Positions 18,860 to 29,404 of a stretch of DNA of 64,000 bases are shown in pieces; the first letter of the stretch is position 1; every line of letters starts with the position of its first letter. A model generated the notes under the pieces. That model was not told the origin of the DNA. It saw nothing but the letters and a program-made list of their open reading frames with translations, and did not search any database. The stretch comes from an uncultured Erysipelotrichaceae bacterium (GTDB taxonomy: Bacteria; Bacillota_I; Bacilli_A; RFN20; CAG-826): contig CADCDA010000001.1 of assembly GCA_902800025.1 (NCBI GenBank), positions 88,288-152,287 on the forward strand. The letters are read 5' to 3'. A program made the position numbers and the translations under genes.

Positions 18860-20952
18860 AGGCTCTGTAATTCTCCTTTGATTGATTTTCTTTTAGAAAA
18901 TGAAATAGGAATTAAAGTAGAAAAAGAAACCACTAGCATCACGACAAGAACAATAAGTAATGGGAATAGAAACTTAATACCAAGGAATTCTAAAAACGGA
19001 ATTACAATAAGTTCCTTAATATCTAAATACTTATATATAAGAATATTGGCTAGTTTCATTAGGCCAAATGAAATACAAACCGATAAAAGAATAGACAAAA
19101 ACCCGTTTACCATTGATTCTTGTAAATAGATTTCTTCTATTTGATCACTAGAAGCTCCAATTGAAGATAAAATAGCGCTTTTCTTATGATCTTCCGAAAA
19201 GCTAGTAAAAGACATTATGCTTAAAATTAGTAATGCTCCAACAAACGCAATAACTAGGAAAAGAATGACACCATATTCTGCGACAGAAAGAAAATTAAAA
19301 AGCGAATCAGTAAGTACCATGGACTGACTCGTGAAGACAAGACCATCACTGAAAATAGAATTATCAAACGGAGTAATCCTATCATTAAAATTCTTCAAAA
19401 ATAGCAAATATGAATATGAAGAAATAATCGCATTATTGTCAGCGTTCATTACTCTATCGTACCAAGTAATATCTTCGTTATTGTAGGTTGATAGATTAAC
19501 TAGAATATAATCTTTACAATATTCTTCAATAGCTAAATAGGAGTAATAGATTTTAGGAGTTGGTAAATAGTTAATTTCTTCAACGATGGCAGAAATTTTT
19601 ATTTTCTTATTCAATCTAAAAATATCATTGACATATTCTTCGGTGTTCGTGACATAAGTCGTTTCAGTTTCATGCTCGATAGTCAAATACTCATTAAGTG
19701 GGTTTTTGCCAATTTCTTTTCTAATTAGATTAGCGGCGCTTTGATTGATTATAACTTCATCGATTGCGGCTTCATCTGGAAGCGTTCCATCCACTATTAA
19801 ACTCCTATCAATATGCTGCCTATCAAATGAGTATATTGGAGTGAATAATAAATCATCAACTATCTCATCATCATATAAAATCTTAATATTTTGTGGGAGA
19901 ATTGCCGAAAAGTTTATGCAAATCTCATATTTTTCAGAAATTTTGGAATTAGACTTAAGGTTTTCATAGTCAGGTCTAGATGACTTGGTTAAAGAAAGCA
20001 TTCCACTCCCTCCAGTTGACGTTTCTTTTGAAACACTTCCAGAGCCAAAATCAAGCTGTTTATAGCACGCCTCCTTTATTGACTTATCCTTGTTATTTAT
20101 AAACCCAACCACTAAATATAGCATCGATAAAACAATCGTTAACGCCACCGAACTAAAGACGTTTCTTTTTATTCTTCTTTTATAGTTACTACTTGCAATT
20201 CGATTGATCCACGATGAACTTCTTTTCATCTGTTTTTTACTAAAACGAATGCTATCTTCTTTTTTATTAATTACTTCATCTTTTACAATTTGGCCATTTG
20301 CTATTTCAATAATTCTATCAGAGTACTGTTTTGTTATTTGAAGGTTATGCGACACCATGATGACTAGCGTGTTTTCACTAATCTTTTTTATTAGTTCCAT
20401 TACATTAGTGGTGTTATCAGAATCTAATGCGCCAGTCGGTTCGTCACACAATAAAATTTTAGGGTCATTCACTATAGCTCTAGCAATACTGACTCTTTGC
20501 TTTTCTCCTCCAGATAATTTGCTTGCTTTTAGATTAAACAGTTCTTCTTTAATCCCCACCATCTTTAAGGATTTAATTGCCTTTTCTTTGCTTTTCTTTG
20601 CGGAATCTCCTTTGATAAGAGAAGGCAATTCGACATTATATAGAACCGTTTCTTCATCTATTAAATTGTAGTTTTGAAACACGATTCCGATATCTTGATT
20701 AAAGAATGTCGTATTTGTTCTTTTATTAAACGATTTATAAGGTCGCCCATATAAATAGATTTCTCCTTCTGTAGGTGTATCAATTCTTGCTATAAGATTT
20801 ATAAGCGTTGATTTCCCACTTCCAGATTTTCCATTAATCGCCACTATTCCTGTTGAATCAAACGATAGATTAATGGGGCCGAGTGCAGTAAAAAAACGAT
20901 CTTTTCCGATTGGGTATCGCTTTGCTAAATTCTTAATTAAAAGTGTTTTCAT
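18856..20952 (-). CDS. Fused ABC ATP-binding/FtsX-type permease (MacB-like), paralogous partner
   Basis: NBD (GKSGSGKST, LSGGEKQRVSIARA, LLCDEPT) plus ectodomain plus FtsX-like C-terminus. Its stop overlaps the downstream gene start by 4 nt (ATGA). Confidence 0.8.
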   Translation of the reverse strand: MKTLLIKNLAKRYPIGKDRFFTALGPINLSFDSTGIVAINGKSGSGKSTLINLIARIDTPTEGEIYLYGRPYKSFNKRTNTTFFNQDIGIVFQNYNLIDEETVLYNVELPSLIKGDSAKKSKEKAIKSLKMVGIKEELFNLKASKLSGGEKQRVSIARAIVNDPKILLCDEPTGALDSDNTTNVMELIKKISENTLVIMVSHNLQITKQYSDRIIEIANGQIVKDEVINKKEDSIRFSKKQMKRSSSWINRIASSNYKRRIKRNVFSSVALTIVLSMLYLVVGFINNKDKSIKEACYKQLDFGSGSVSKETSTGGSGMLSLTKSSRPDYENLKSNSKISEKYEICINFSAILPQNIKILYDDEIVDDLLFTPIYSFDRQHIDRSLIVDGTLPDEAAIDEVIINQSAANLIRKEIGKNPLNEYLTIEHETETTYVTNTEEYVNDIFRLNKKIKISAIVEEINYLPTPKIYYSYLAIEEYCKDYILVNLSTYNNEDITWYDRVMNADNNAIISSYSYLLFLKNFNDRITPFDNSIFSDGLVFTSQSMVLTDSLFNFLSVAEYGVILFLVIAFVGALLILSIMSFTSFSEDHKKSAILSSIGASSDQIEEIYLQESMVNGFLSILLSVCISFGLMKLANILIYKYLDIKELIVIPFLEFLGIKFLFPLLIVLVVMLVVSFSTLIPISFSKRKSIKGELQSL

Positions 20953-21031
20953 AAAAAAGTCCTCTCATATTAATAAGAGGAGAAAAAATCGATTTTTTTA
21001 AAAATTTTCTTAAACTTTTTTTATTTTTTTA

Positions 21032-22636
21032 TTATTCTGCTTCCATTTTGACCGCTGCTGGAACCTTTGGAAGTCCTGGCATTGTCATAATAGAACCAGT
21101 GAGAGCAACGACGAATCCTGCACCAGCAGAAAGTCTAATTTCTCTAATAGTGATGACAAAGTCATCTGGTGCATTTAAGATCTTTGGATTATCAGTTAAT
21201 GATAACGGGGTTTTAGCGATACATACAGGAATCTTGTCATAACCAAGTTTGTTATACTTTTCAATTTGTGCTTCAGCTTCCTCGGTGTACACCACTTCTT
21301 TAGCACGATAGATTTCTTTACAAATCTTTTCAATCTTAGCTTTGATTGGAAGTTCAACTTCGTAAAGTGGATGATAATGACTTTCTTTTGTTTCTAAGGT
21401 ATTAAGCACTTTCTTTGCGAGATCAACTCCACCAGCAGCGCCTCTAGAGAATGAATCACAGAAAGCATATTCATAACCATTTTCATTACAGAATTCAATT
21501 AACGCTTTTGTTTCATTTTCCGTATCGCTTGCAAAGTGATTAATACAAATAACTGCTGGAATACCATATTTTGCAACGTTTTCCATGTGTCTTTTTAAGT
21601 TAGCGCTACCAACTTTAAGAGCTTCAACGTTTTCTTTATCTAATTCTTCAAAGAGGACTCCACCATGAAGTTTTAATGCCCTAATAGTCGCCACCACAAC
21701 TACTGCGTCTGGTTTTAATCCACCAACACGGCATTTAATATCTAAGAATTTTTCTGCACCTAAGTCAGCACCGAAGCCTGCCTCTGTCACCACGATTGGT
21801 GCGAGTTTTAATCCGAGCTTAGTAGCGATAATTGAATTACATCCGTGAGCGATATTTGCGAAAGGACCGCCATGGATTAAGGCAGGATTGCCTTCTAGAG
21901 TTTGAACTAAGTTAGGATTGAAGGCTTGTCTCATTAACTTAAGAATAGCTTTTGAAATCTTAAGTTGTTCAAGATAAACAGGTTCATCATTGAAGTTATA
22001 CGCAACAACAATCTTTTTAATACGAGCAACAAAATCGTCTGGATCACTTGCTAAACAAAGGACCGCCATTAATTCACTAGCGACAGTAATAACGAATTCA
22101 TCTTGTCTAGGAGCGCTTTTCTTTTCATTTTGATTAACAGTGACACTTCTTAATGCTCTATCATTCATATCTAAAGCGCGTTTCCAGATGATTTTCTCTG
22201 GATTAATGCCTAATTCATTACCTTGGAAGATATGGTTGTCAATCACCGCGGAAATGAGGTTTATTGAACTAGTTAAAGCGTGCATATCACCTGTGAAATG
22301 AAGATTAATATCTTCGCTAGGAATAACACTAGCCTTTCCTCCACCAGTCGCTCCACCTTTTAAACCAAAAACTGGTCCTAATGATGGTTCTCTTAAACAA
22401 AGCATGGAGTTCACTCCGATATAATGTAAGCCATCATGTAAAGCGATTGAGGTTGTAGTCTTTCCTTCTCCAGCTTTTGTTGGAGTAATCGCTGTTACTA
22501 AAACTAGCTTACCGTTTTTCTTATCTTTTAATTCTTCATTGATTCTTAAATCAATCTTAGCCTTATCTAAGCCATATGGAATTACGTATTCTTTTTTAAT
22601 TCCAGCTTTTTCTGCAATTTGATAAATGTCTAACAT
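21032..22636 (-). CDS. fhs: Formate--tetrahydrofolate ligase
   Basis: 534 aa FTHFS with the P-loop TPTKAGEGKTTT and conserved central and C-terminal blocks. Confidence 0.92.
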   Translation of the reverse strand: MLDIYQIAEKAGIKKEYVIPYGLDKAKIDLRINEELKDKKNGKLVLVTAITPTKAGEGKTTTSIALHDGLHYIGVNSMLCLREPSLGPVFGLKGGATGGGKASVIPSEDINLHFTGDMHALTSSINLISAVIDNHIFQGNELGINPEKIIWKRALDMNDRALRSVTVNQNEKKSAPRQDEFVITVASELMAVLCLASDPDDFVARIKKIVVAYNFNDEPVYLEQLKISKAILKLMRQAFNPNLVQTLEGNPALIHGGPFANIAHGCNSIIATKLGLKLAPIVVTEAGFGADLGAEKFLDIKCRVGGLKPDAVVVVATIRALKLHGGVLFEELDKENVEALKVGSANLKRHMENVAKYGIPAVICINHFASDTENETKALIEFCNENGYEYAFCDSFSRGAAGGVDLAKKVLNTLETKESHYHPLYEVELPIKAKIEKICKEIYRAKEVVYTEEAEAQIEKYNKLGYDKIPVCIAKTPLSLTDNPKILNAPDDFVITIREIRLSAGAGFVVALTGSIMTMPGLPKVPAAVKMEAE

Positions 22637-22648
22637 CTTTCATTCCCC

Positions 22649-23554
22649 CTAAATGGATTTTAATAATTCATCTTGTGATTCAAATAATTCATATTCGAAT
22701 TGATTTTTGAAGAACGTCACTTGCCTTTTCGCATAGTTTCTCGTTCTCTTTTGAATGAGGCTAATCGCATCATCTAATGAGCAATTACCATGTAAGAAGT
22801 CGATTATTTCCTTATATCCAATACCTTGTCTAGCAGTTAAAGACAATTCATATTTGTTTAATAATTCTTTAACTTCTTCAACTAGTCCGTTATCGACCAT
22901 CTCAATGACTCTTTTATTGATATTCTCGTATAGCTGTTCTCTATTTGGCGATAAGAAGAGGAAACGCACATTTGGATAAACGAGTTCATGTTTTTGAGAA
23001 TTAATTCTTTCGCTTTTAGTTTTGTCGCTTGATCGAATCATCGATATCGCTCTAATTAATCTCTTACGATTGTTCTCGTGAATCTTTAAGCTCGCTTCAT
23101 AATCTAGCTTTTGTAATGTCTCATACAAAGTATGATTATCAAGTTCTTCTAAATCAGAATCATCTCTTTCTTCCTCGATAGGAAAGTCATAATCATAAAG
23201 AGTTGCCCTTAGATATAATCCTGTTCCTCCAACTAGTACGACATCCTTGTTACTTTTCAAACACTTATCGATTTCTTCTCGACACAGTTTTTGAAATTCC
23301 ATTACAGAGAATGTTTTATCAGGAGAAACAATATCTAATAGATGATATTTTTTATAATGTGGATCATCCTTTTCAAGCTTTGAAGTTCCAATGTTCATAT
23401 CTTTATAGATTTGAAAAGCATCAAAATTAATTGCGTCGCAGTTCAGCAAATCAATTAATTTATTCGCGACACTGGTCTTGCCGCTACAAGTAGGACCCAT
23501 CACTACGTAAATCATTGGGAATACTATATAACAAAAAGAAGTGAAATTCATCAC
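22649..23554 (-). CDS. miaA: tRNA dimethylallyltransferase
   Basis: P-loop GPTCSGKTS, DAFQIYKDMNIGTSK and a C-terminal IPPT fold. The start is tentative: 23554 gives a 4-nt overlap with the upstream gene, or Met-14 at about 23515. Confidence 0.88.
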   Translation of the reverse strand: MMNFTSFCYIVFPMIYVVMGPTCSGKTSVANKLIDLLNCDAINFDAFQIYKDMNIGTSKLEKDDPHYKKYHLLDIVSPDKTFSVMEFQKLCREEIDKCLKSNKDVVLVGGTGLYLRATLYDYDFPIEEERDDSDLEELDNHTLYETLQKLDYEASLKIHENNRKRLIRAISMIRSSDKTKSERINSQKHELVYPNVRFLFLSPNREQLYENINKRVIEMVDNGLVEEVKELLNKYELSLTARQGIGYKEIIDFLHGNCSLDDAISLIQKRTRNYAKRQVTFFKNQFEYELFESQDELLKSI

Positions 23555-23823
23555 TTCTTGTTAATTATTTCACAAATTTGTAATAAATACTCGCTAACTT
23601 CGTTCTCTAACTCTTTATAATTTACCACTAGAGGATGGGAATTATATTGCTTTAAGAGTTGATTTTTCTTTTCTTTATCTGAAGTTTTAGCGATCTCTCT
23701 TTTTAGTTCTTTTATTTCTTCAGAAGAGTCTACAAGTTCTTTAATCCTTTTATATTCTTGGAATAGCGGTAATGAATTGAGTTCGTTTTTTAACTCATAC
23801 GTTAATTCAATTGCTTTATTCAT
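23551..23823 (-). CDS. YlbF/YmcA (Com_YlbF, RicA-like) family protein
   Basis: 90-aa helical protein. The segment LPLFQEYKRIKELV resembles the IPVIQEF block of YmcA/YheA-family proteins. It sits between miaB and miaA with overlapping start and stop codons. Confidence 0.45.
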   Translation of the reverse strand: MNKAIELTYELKNELNSLPLFQEYKRIKELVDSSEEIKELKREIAKTSDKEKKNQLLKQYNSHPLVVNYKELENEVSEYLLQICEIINKK

Positions 23824-25255
23824 TTACCAATTCTCCAAGTAAAGAATATGTATGGCTCTCATTTATTTTAACATTAACAATTTTACCAATGAGACTTTCA
23901 TCGCCTTTAAAATGCACTAGTTTGTTGCTTTCGGTGTAGCCAGATAACATATCTTTATCGGTTTTACTTGCTCCATCAACTAATACTTTATATGTACCAC
24001 CAACATATGACTTAGCGTCCTTTTCAATGTTAACCTCCAAATGCTTGACAAGTTCTTTAAATCTTCTGCTCTTATCAGCGTAGGAAACATTGTCATCAAT
24101 TTTAGCGGCAGGTGTACCTCTTCTTGGCGAATATATGAAAGTAAATGCACTTTCGTATTTTACGATATCAACCAAGGACAAAGTGTCTTTAAATTGCTCC
24201 TCGGTTTCATTAGGAAATCCAACAATAATATCAGTGGATAAAGATAGGCCTGGAATCTTCTCTCTCATCTCTTTAACAAGATTAAGATAATGTTCGCGTG
24301 TATATCTTCTTCCCATAAGCTTTAAAACTTCATCATTACCTGATTGGACAGGGAGGTGAATACATTTCATGATATTATCGTATTTCGCAATAATTTCTAT
24401 CATTTTGCTGGAAAAATCCCACGGATGAGAAGTTGTAAATCTAATTCTTGGAATACCCATTTTCGCTGCTTCTTCTAGGATGTCAGCGAAGTCATAACCT
24501 TCGTTTAAATCCTTGCCATAAGCGTTAACATTTTGACCGAGGAAAGTAATCTCCTGATAGTTCGCTTTTTTTAGTTCTCTAACTTCATCCATAATCTCAT
24601 TAAACTTACGAGATCTTTCTTTTCCTCTTGTGTAAGGAACGATGCAGTAAGTACAGAACTTATTGCAGCCATAAATAATATTCACGAACGCTTTATATTC
24701 GTTGTTTCTTTTGACGAGTTTATTCTCAATTACTTCGCCTTGTTTTGACTTGATTGAGATTAACCTAATATCTGAGTTGTATGTTTCATAAATCAAATCT
24801 AATAATTGATCGATTTCATGGGTTCCAAAATATAGATTAACTTCAGGGAATTTGTCTTGAAGAATTTGTAAGATTTCAGGTTGCTCCACCATACATCCAC
24901 AGATTCCTAAAACGAGTTTTTTATTTATGCGGCGATATTTTTTTAAATTACCAATTTCACCATAAACTTTATCTTCTGCGTTTTCTCTAACCGCACAAGT
25001 ATTAATGATAATAACGTCAGCCTCGCTTGGATCTTCAGTCTTAGTGAAATTCACACTTTCAAGCATGCCTCTCATCGTCTCTTCATCTCTAACATTAGCC
25101 TGACATCCATATGTGTGGATATAGTATTTTTTGCCCTTACCAAGTTCTTCCATTTCTTTTAAATGGGCGGTTGAAGCATCAAGAAAAATCGTATCGCTTT
25201 TTTGACGATTACGCGCCTCTATTAAATCTGGATAATTAATAATCTTTGTTTTCAT
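23816..25255 (-). CDS. miaB: tRNA-i6A37 methylthiotransferase
   Basis: MTTase N-domain, radical-SAM CxxxCxxC (CNKFCTYC) and a TRAM domain. Confidence 0.9.
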   Translation of the reverse strand: MKTKIINYPDLIEARNRQKSDTIFLDASTAHLKEMEELGKGKKYYIHTYGCQANVRDEETMRGMLESVNFTKTEDPSEADVIIINTCAVRENAEDKVYGEIGNLKKYRRINKKLVLGICGCMVEQPEILQILQDKFPEVNLYFGTHEIDQLLDLIYETYNSDIRLISIKSKQGEVIENKLVKRNNEYKAFVNIIYGCNKFCTYCIVPYTRGKERSRKFNEIMDEVRELKKANYQEITFLGQNVNAYGKDLNEGYDFADILEEAAKMGIPRIRFTTSHPWDFSSKMIEIIAKYDNIMKCIHLPVQSGNDEVLKLMGRRYTREHYLNLVKEMREKIPGLSLSTDIIVGFPNETEEQFKDTLSLVDIVKYESAFTFIYSPRRGTPAAKIDDNVSYADKSRRFKELVKHLEVNIEKDAKSYVGGTYKVLVDGASKTDKDMLSGYTESNKLVHFKGDESLIGKIVNVKINESHTYSLLGELVNE

Positions 25256-25257
25256 AT

Positions 25258-26043
25258 TTATTTTTCAACTTGGTAAATAGGGAATATTTCAATACATTTG
25301 CCACTTATATCATCAATATTTAAGACAACTGCAGAGAATAGCCCTTTTCCTTCATTAGGAATATCAAACTTCACGTTATTGCCGTACATAAGCTTATTAA
25401 CGACTGTTCCTTTATCAAATCCTAAAGCGCCGTCATATAGCCCAGTCATGCCGACATCTGATATAAAAGCTGTTCCGCCTTCTAAAATACGATAGTCCCT
25501 AGTTTGTACGTGTGTATGAGTACCTAGGACCGCACTGACTTTACCATCTAGAGCGTATGCAAAGCATATCTTTTCTCCGGTGGCTTCGGCATGGAAGTCA
25601 ACGATATGAACAGTTGCTTGTTCTTCAGCGCTATCTAAATAGTCGATTAAAGAGTAATAAGGATTATTAACTTCCTCTTTCATAAAGGCCGAGCCTAAAA
25701 CATTAGTGACCCTAACACTTACTCCATTGACGTCAAATACAGCACTTCCTTCGCCTGGATATTCACTAGTAAGATTAAGAGGACGTATTAATCGATCAAC
25801 TCGATCAATATATCCCCTAAGATCTTTTTTACTATCGTAATGATTGCCTAAGGTAATTACATCAATACCACTATCGATTAATTCCATATAGTGATGACGT
25901 AATAAGCCTTTTCCGTGGCTAGCGTTTTCTCCGTTAGCGATAACGAAATCAATCTCGTATTTCTCAACTAACGTAGATAAATAATCTTTAATCATTCGTC
26001 GACCAATACGACCGACGATATCTCCGATAAATAAAATTTTCAA
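25258..26043 (-). CDS. ymdB: YmdB-like metallophosphoesterase (2',3'-cAMP phosphodiesterase family)
   Basis: MKILFIGDIVG start and GNH metallophosphatase motifs. Conserved position downstream of rny. Confidence 0.85.
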   Translation of the reverse strand: MKILFIGDIVGRIGRRMIKDYLSTLVEKYEIDFVIANGENASHGKGLLRHHYMELIDSGIDVITLGNHYDSKKDLRGYIDRVDRLIRPLNLTSEYPGEGSAVFDVNGVSVRVTNVLGSAFMKEEVNNPYYSLIDYLDSAEEQATVHIVDFHAEATGEKICFAYALDGKVSAVLGTHTHVQTRDYRILEGGTAFISDVGMTGLYDGALGFDKGTVVNKLMYGNNVKFDIPNEGKGLFSAVVLNIDDISGKCIEIFPIYQVEK

Positions 26044-26067
26044 AATAGCTCTTTCTAGAAGTAAAAG

Positions 26068-27660
26068 TTACTTCGCTGTTTCCACAGCACGGTATTCTCT
26101 AATAACAGAGACTTTAATTTGACCTGGATAGGTCATTTCATTTTCAATGCGTTCTTTAATCTCTTTAGCGAGTTTAAAGGCACCGATATCATCAATCTTT
26201 TCAGGAATTACCATAACACGTAATTCTCTGCCTGATTGCATTGCATAACTTTGATAAACACCATCGAAGGATTTACAAATCTCTTCGAGTTTTTCAATTC
26301 TTTGAATATAGTTCTCAAGCATTTCACTTCTTGCACCTGGTCTAGCAGCGCTTAATGTATCAGCCGCTTGGACTAAATGAGAAATGATATACTTAGCAGG
26401 AACATCACCATGGTGAGATTCAATTGCATTGATAACGACATCACCTTCACCATATTTCTTTGCTAAACGTGCGCCAACTTCAACGTGGCTACCATCGACT
26501 TCAAAGTCTGCGGCTTTACCAATATCGTGTAGGAGTCCAGCTCTTTTGGCTAAATTTTGATCTAATCCTAATTCAGCCGCCATAGTTCCAGCTAGATAAG
26601 CAACTTCAATAGAGTGCTCTAATGCATTTTGACCATAGGAGGTACGATATCTTAATCTACCAACATAGTCTAAGAGTTCACGATTAATTCTTGGTAAGCC
26701 AAGTTTAAAGGCGACATCTTGACCGGTCTTATGGATAGTTTCATCAACTTCTTGTTTACACTTTTCAACGATTTCTTCAATTCTTCCAGGTTGAATACGT
26801 CCGTCTTTAATTAAGGCTTCTAACGCCATACGGGCGATTTCTCTTCTAATTGGATTGAAGCAGCTGACTGTAATAACTTCTGGGGTATCATCAATAATTA
26901 AATCAACACCTAAAAGCGTTTCTAAGGTACGAATATTACGTCCTTCACGTCCAATAATACGACCTTTCATTTCGTCGTTAGGAAGAGCAACAACCGCCAC
27001 CGTCTTATCAATTGTGGTTTCTTGAGCGTATTTACTCATCGCTAAAGCTAAAATCTCTTGAGACTTAGCAGTCACTTGTTCTTTCGCTTCGTCTTCCTTA
27101 TTTTTGATGTATTGAGCAATTTCTTTAGAAGTCTTGGATTCAACTCTCGCAAAGAGTTCGTCTTTAGCTTCTTGTGTTGACATTTGAGCAACTTTTTCAA
27201 GTTCGACGATGATAGAATCAATCTTCTCTTGCAAGAGTTGATCTTTCTTGTCGACTTCTTTTAAACGACGATTTAAGTTTTCATTCTTTTCATCAAGAGT
27301 GTTTTCTTTTTGAATAAGAGCAGTATCACGTCGATCGATACTTTGTTCTCTTTGAAGAAGTTTGTTTTCTTGCGCAGATATCTCAAGCTTCCTCTCCTTG
27401 ATTTCTTTATCTGCTTCGTTTTTCATTTCATTGATTGTTTGTTTACCATCAAGTTGAGCGTTTTTAATGATGTGTTCGGCTTTGATTTCAGCTTCTCTAA
27501 TAATTTTATTAGCCTTGTTTTGATCTCTTTGTTTCTTAAAGAATGGAACAAAGAAAACAATTGCAGCACCTAAAAACAATCCGACAAACGCTAAAATGAT
27601 TGGTAAGCCAATTTCTGTAAATGCGTTTAATACAACTGGCATACTAATATGTCCTTTCAA
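26068..27660 (-). CDS. rny: Ribonuclease Y
   Basis: N-terminal TM, a long coiled-coil, a KH domain and an HD domain (HDIGK). Confidence 0.92.
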   Translation of the reverse strand: MKGHISMPVVLNAFTEIGLPIILAFVGLFLGAAIVFFVPFFKKQRDQNKANKIIREAEIKAEHIIKNAQLDGKQTINEMKNEADKEIKERKLEISAQENKLLQREQSIDRRDTALIQKENTLDEKNENLNRRLKEVDKKDQLLQEKIDSIIVELEKVAQMSTQEAKDELFARVESKTSKEIAQYIKNKEDEAKEQVTAKSQEILALAMSKYAQETTIDKTVAVVALPNDEMKGRIIGREGRNIRTLETLLGVDLIIDDTPEVITVSCFNPIRREIARMALEALIKDGRIQPGRIEEIVEKCKQEVDETIHKTGQDVAFKLGLPRINRELLDYVGRLRYRTSYGQNALEHSIEVAYLAGTMAAELGLDQNLAKRAGLLHDIGKAADFEVDGSHVEVGARLAKKYGEGDVVINAIESHHGDVPAKYIISHLVQAADTLSAARPGARSEMLENYIQRIEKLEEICKSFDGVYQSYAMQSGRELRVMVIPEKIDDIGAFKLAKEIKERIENEMTYPGQIKVSVIREYRAVETAK

Positions 27661-27854
27661 ATAATATAGTCAAAAGACTATTTACCTAAAATCATCCTAA
27701 AAATATTATTAAGTATGATTTTTATATGTAACAGGCATCGCCTGATAAACTAATTTCTCTATTGAGAATCTATAGGTAAGTATCTCTTCGGAAGATACAC
27801 TTGTATTATACAAGAATTATTACCCATCACAAATAATTTTATCTAATTAGTAGA

Positions 27855-27882
27855 AAATAAGAAAAACCGTCTAAAGACGGCT
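27855..27882 (-). terminator. Rho-independent terminator of recA
   Basis: Minus-strand RNA forms the hairpin CCGTC-UUUA-GACGG followed by UUUUUCUUAUUUU. Confidence 0.7.
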
Positions 27883-27894
27883 TTCTATAAATCG

Positions 27895-28950
27895 TTATTC
27901 TTTTGGTGCTTCTTTAATTTGCTTTAAGAGTTTCTCTCTTACATCAGCGTTTGATTTGATGTACTCTTTAGCACTATCTCTTCCTTGAGCGATTTTGCTG
28001 CCTTCGTATTCAAACCACGAACCACTCTTTTTGATGATTCCGAGTTCAACAGCACGATCAAGAATTTCACTCTCTTTAGAGATACCTTCACCATAGATGA
28101 TATCGATTTCACATTGTTTGAACGGTGGACTCACCTTATTCTTCACAACCTTAATGCGGCAGGTGTTACCTGTGACGTCGCTTCCAACTTTAATAGCTTC
28201 AGTTCTTCTAATATCAAGTCTAATTGATGCGTAGAATTTTAATGCTCTTCCACCAGAAGTAGTTTCTGGATTTCCATACATCACACCAACTTTTTCTCTT
28301 AATTGGTTGATGAAGATAATGGCACATTCTTTCTTGTTGAGAATACCAGCGAGTTTACGCATTGCTTTAGACATAAGTCTAGCTTGCATACCAACTGAGT
28401 TGTCACCCATTTCACCATCAAGTTCTGCTTGTGGAACAAGAGCAGCAACAGAGTCAACGATCACTAAATCGATTGCGCCACTATTAGCTAACATTTCAGC
28501 GATTTCGAGAGCTTGCTCACCACTATCAGGTTGAGAAAGGATGAGTTCATCAACATTGACACCTAATTTTTTTGCATAGTTAGGATCAATCGCATGCTCT
28601 GCGTCAATAAAGGCGGCTCTTCCACCTTGTTTTTGACATTCAGCAATCGCGTGTAAAGCAAGAGTAGTCTTACCACTACTTTCTGGACCAAAAATTTCAA
28701 TAATTCTTCCTTTTGGATATCCACCTACACCTAAGGCTTCATCTAATAGAAGGGATCCAGTTGGGATAACAGACACTTCAACTGCAGGTCTTTCCCCGAG
28801 TTTCATGACTGCACCTTTACCAAATGTTTTTTGGATTTGTTTTAGAACCTCGTCGAGTTCTTTTTCATTGAGTTCGTTTTTCTTTTCCATATAAGTCTCC
28901 TCATTTATTAAAGAGTCAAAAAATTCGATTTTTTTAATTATTTTCTTCAA
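27895..28950 (-). CDS. recA: Recombinase RecA
   Basis: 351 aa with Walker [10 protein letters not shown] and conserved L1/L2 loops. Confidence 0.95.
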   Translation of the reverse strand: MKKIIKKIEFFDSLINEETYMEKKNELNEKELDEVLKQIQKTFGKGAVMKLGERPAVEVSVIPTGSLLLDEALGVGGYPKGRIIEIFGPESSGKTTLALHAIAECQKQGGRAAFIDAEHAIDPNYAKKLGVNVDELILSQPDSGEQALEIAEMLANSGAIDLVIVDSVAALVPQAELDGEMGDNSVGMQARLMSKAMRKLAGILNKKECAIIFINQLREKVGVMYGNPETTSGGRALKFYASIRLDIRRTEAIKVGSDVTGNTCRIKVVKNKVSPPFKQCEIDIIYGEGISKESEILDRAVELGIIKKSGSWFEYEGSKIAQGRDSAKEYIKSNADVREKLLKQIKEAPKE

Positions 28951-29404
28951 TTATTTTTTCTAAAAGTTCGTAAGCAATTTTAATTGCTTCATTTTGAATA
29001 TTTTTTCTATCGCCTTCAAGTTGATAGGCAAATACTTGAACTTTGTCATAGAATGCAACACCGATATAAACTTCGCCAACTTTTTTACCTTCCATCGCAG
29101 TTGGCCCAGCGTTTCCAGTAAATGAAATGCAATAATCAACATTAAGAAGCGATTTAGCGTGGCTCGCCATTTGTCCAGCAATCTCTTGAGAAACAACACC
29201 ATACGTGTCTATATCAGTGTACGAAATACCTAAGATGCGCGCTTTCTCCTCTGTTGCATATGTGACGAGTGCGCCTTTAAAGAAATGGGATGCACCACTT
29301 ACAGATGTGATGTCGCTAGCAAAAGCGCCACCAGTAAATGATTCTACTGATCCTAATGTTCTTCCTTTTTCTCTAAAGATTCGATTGATATCGGCACTAG
29401 TCAT
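28934..29404 (-). CDS. cinA: CinA C-terminal domain protein (PncC-like NMN deamidase domain only)
   Basis: 156-aa stand-alone CinA_C domain ([14 protein letters not shown]). The N-terminal MoCF-biosynthesis domain of full-length Bacillus CinA is absent. Confidence 0.75.
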   Translation of the reverse strand: MTSADINRIFREKGRTLGSVESFTGGAFASDITSVSGASHFFKGALVTYATEEKARILGISYTDIDTYGVVSQEIAGQMASHAKSLLNVDYCISFTGNAGPTAMEGKKVGEVYIGVAFYDKVQVFAYQLEGDRKNIQNEAIKIAYELLEKIIEENN

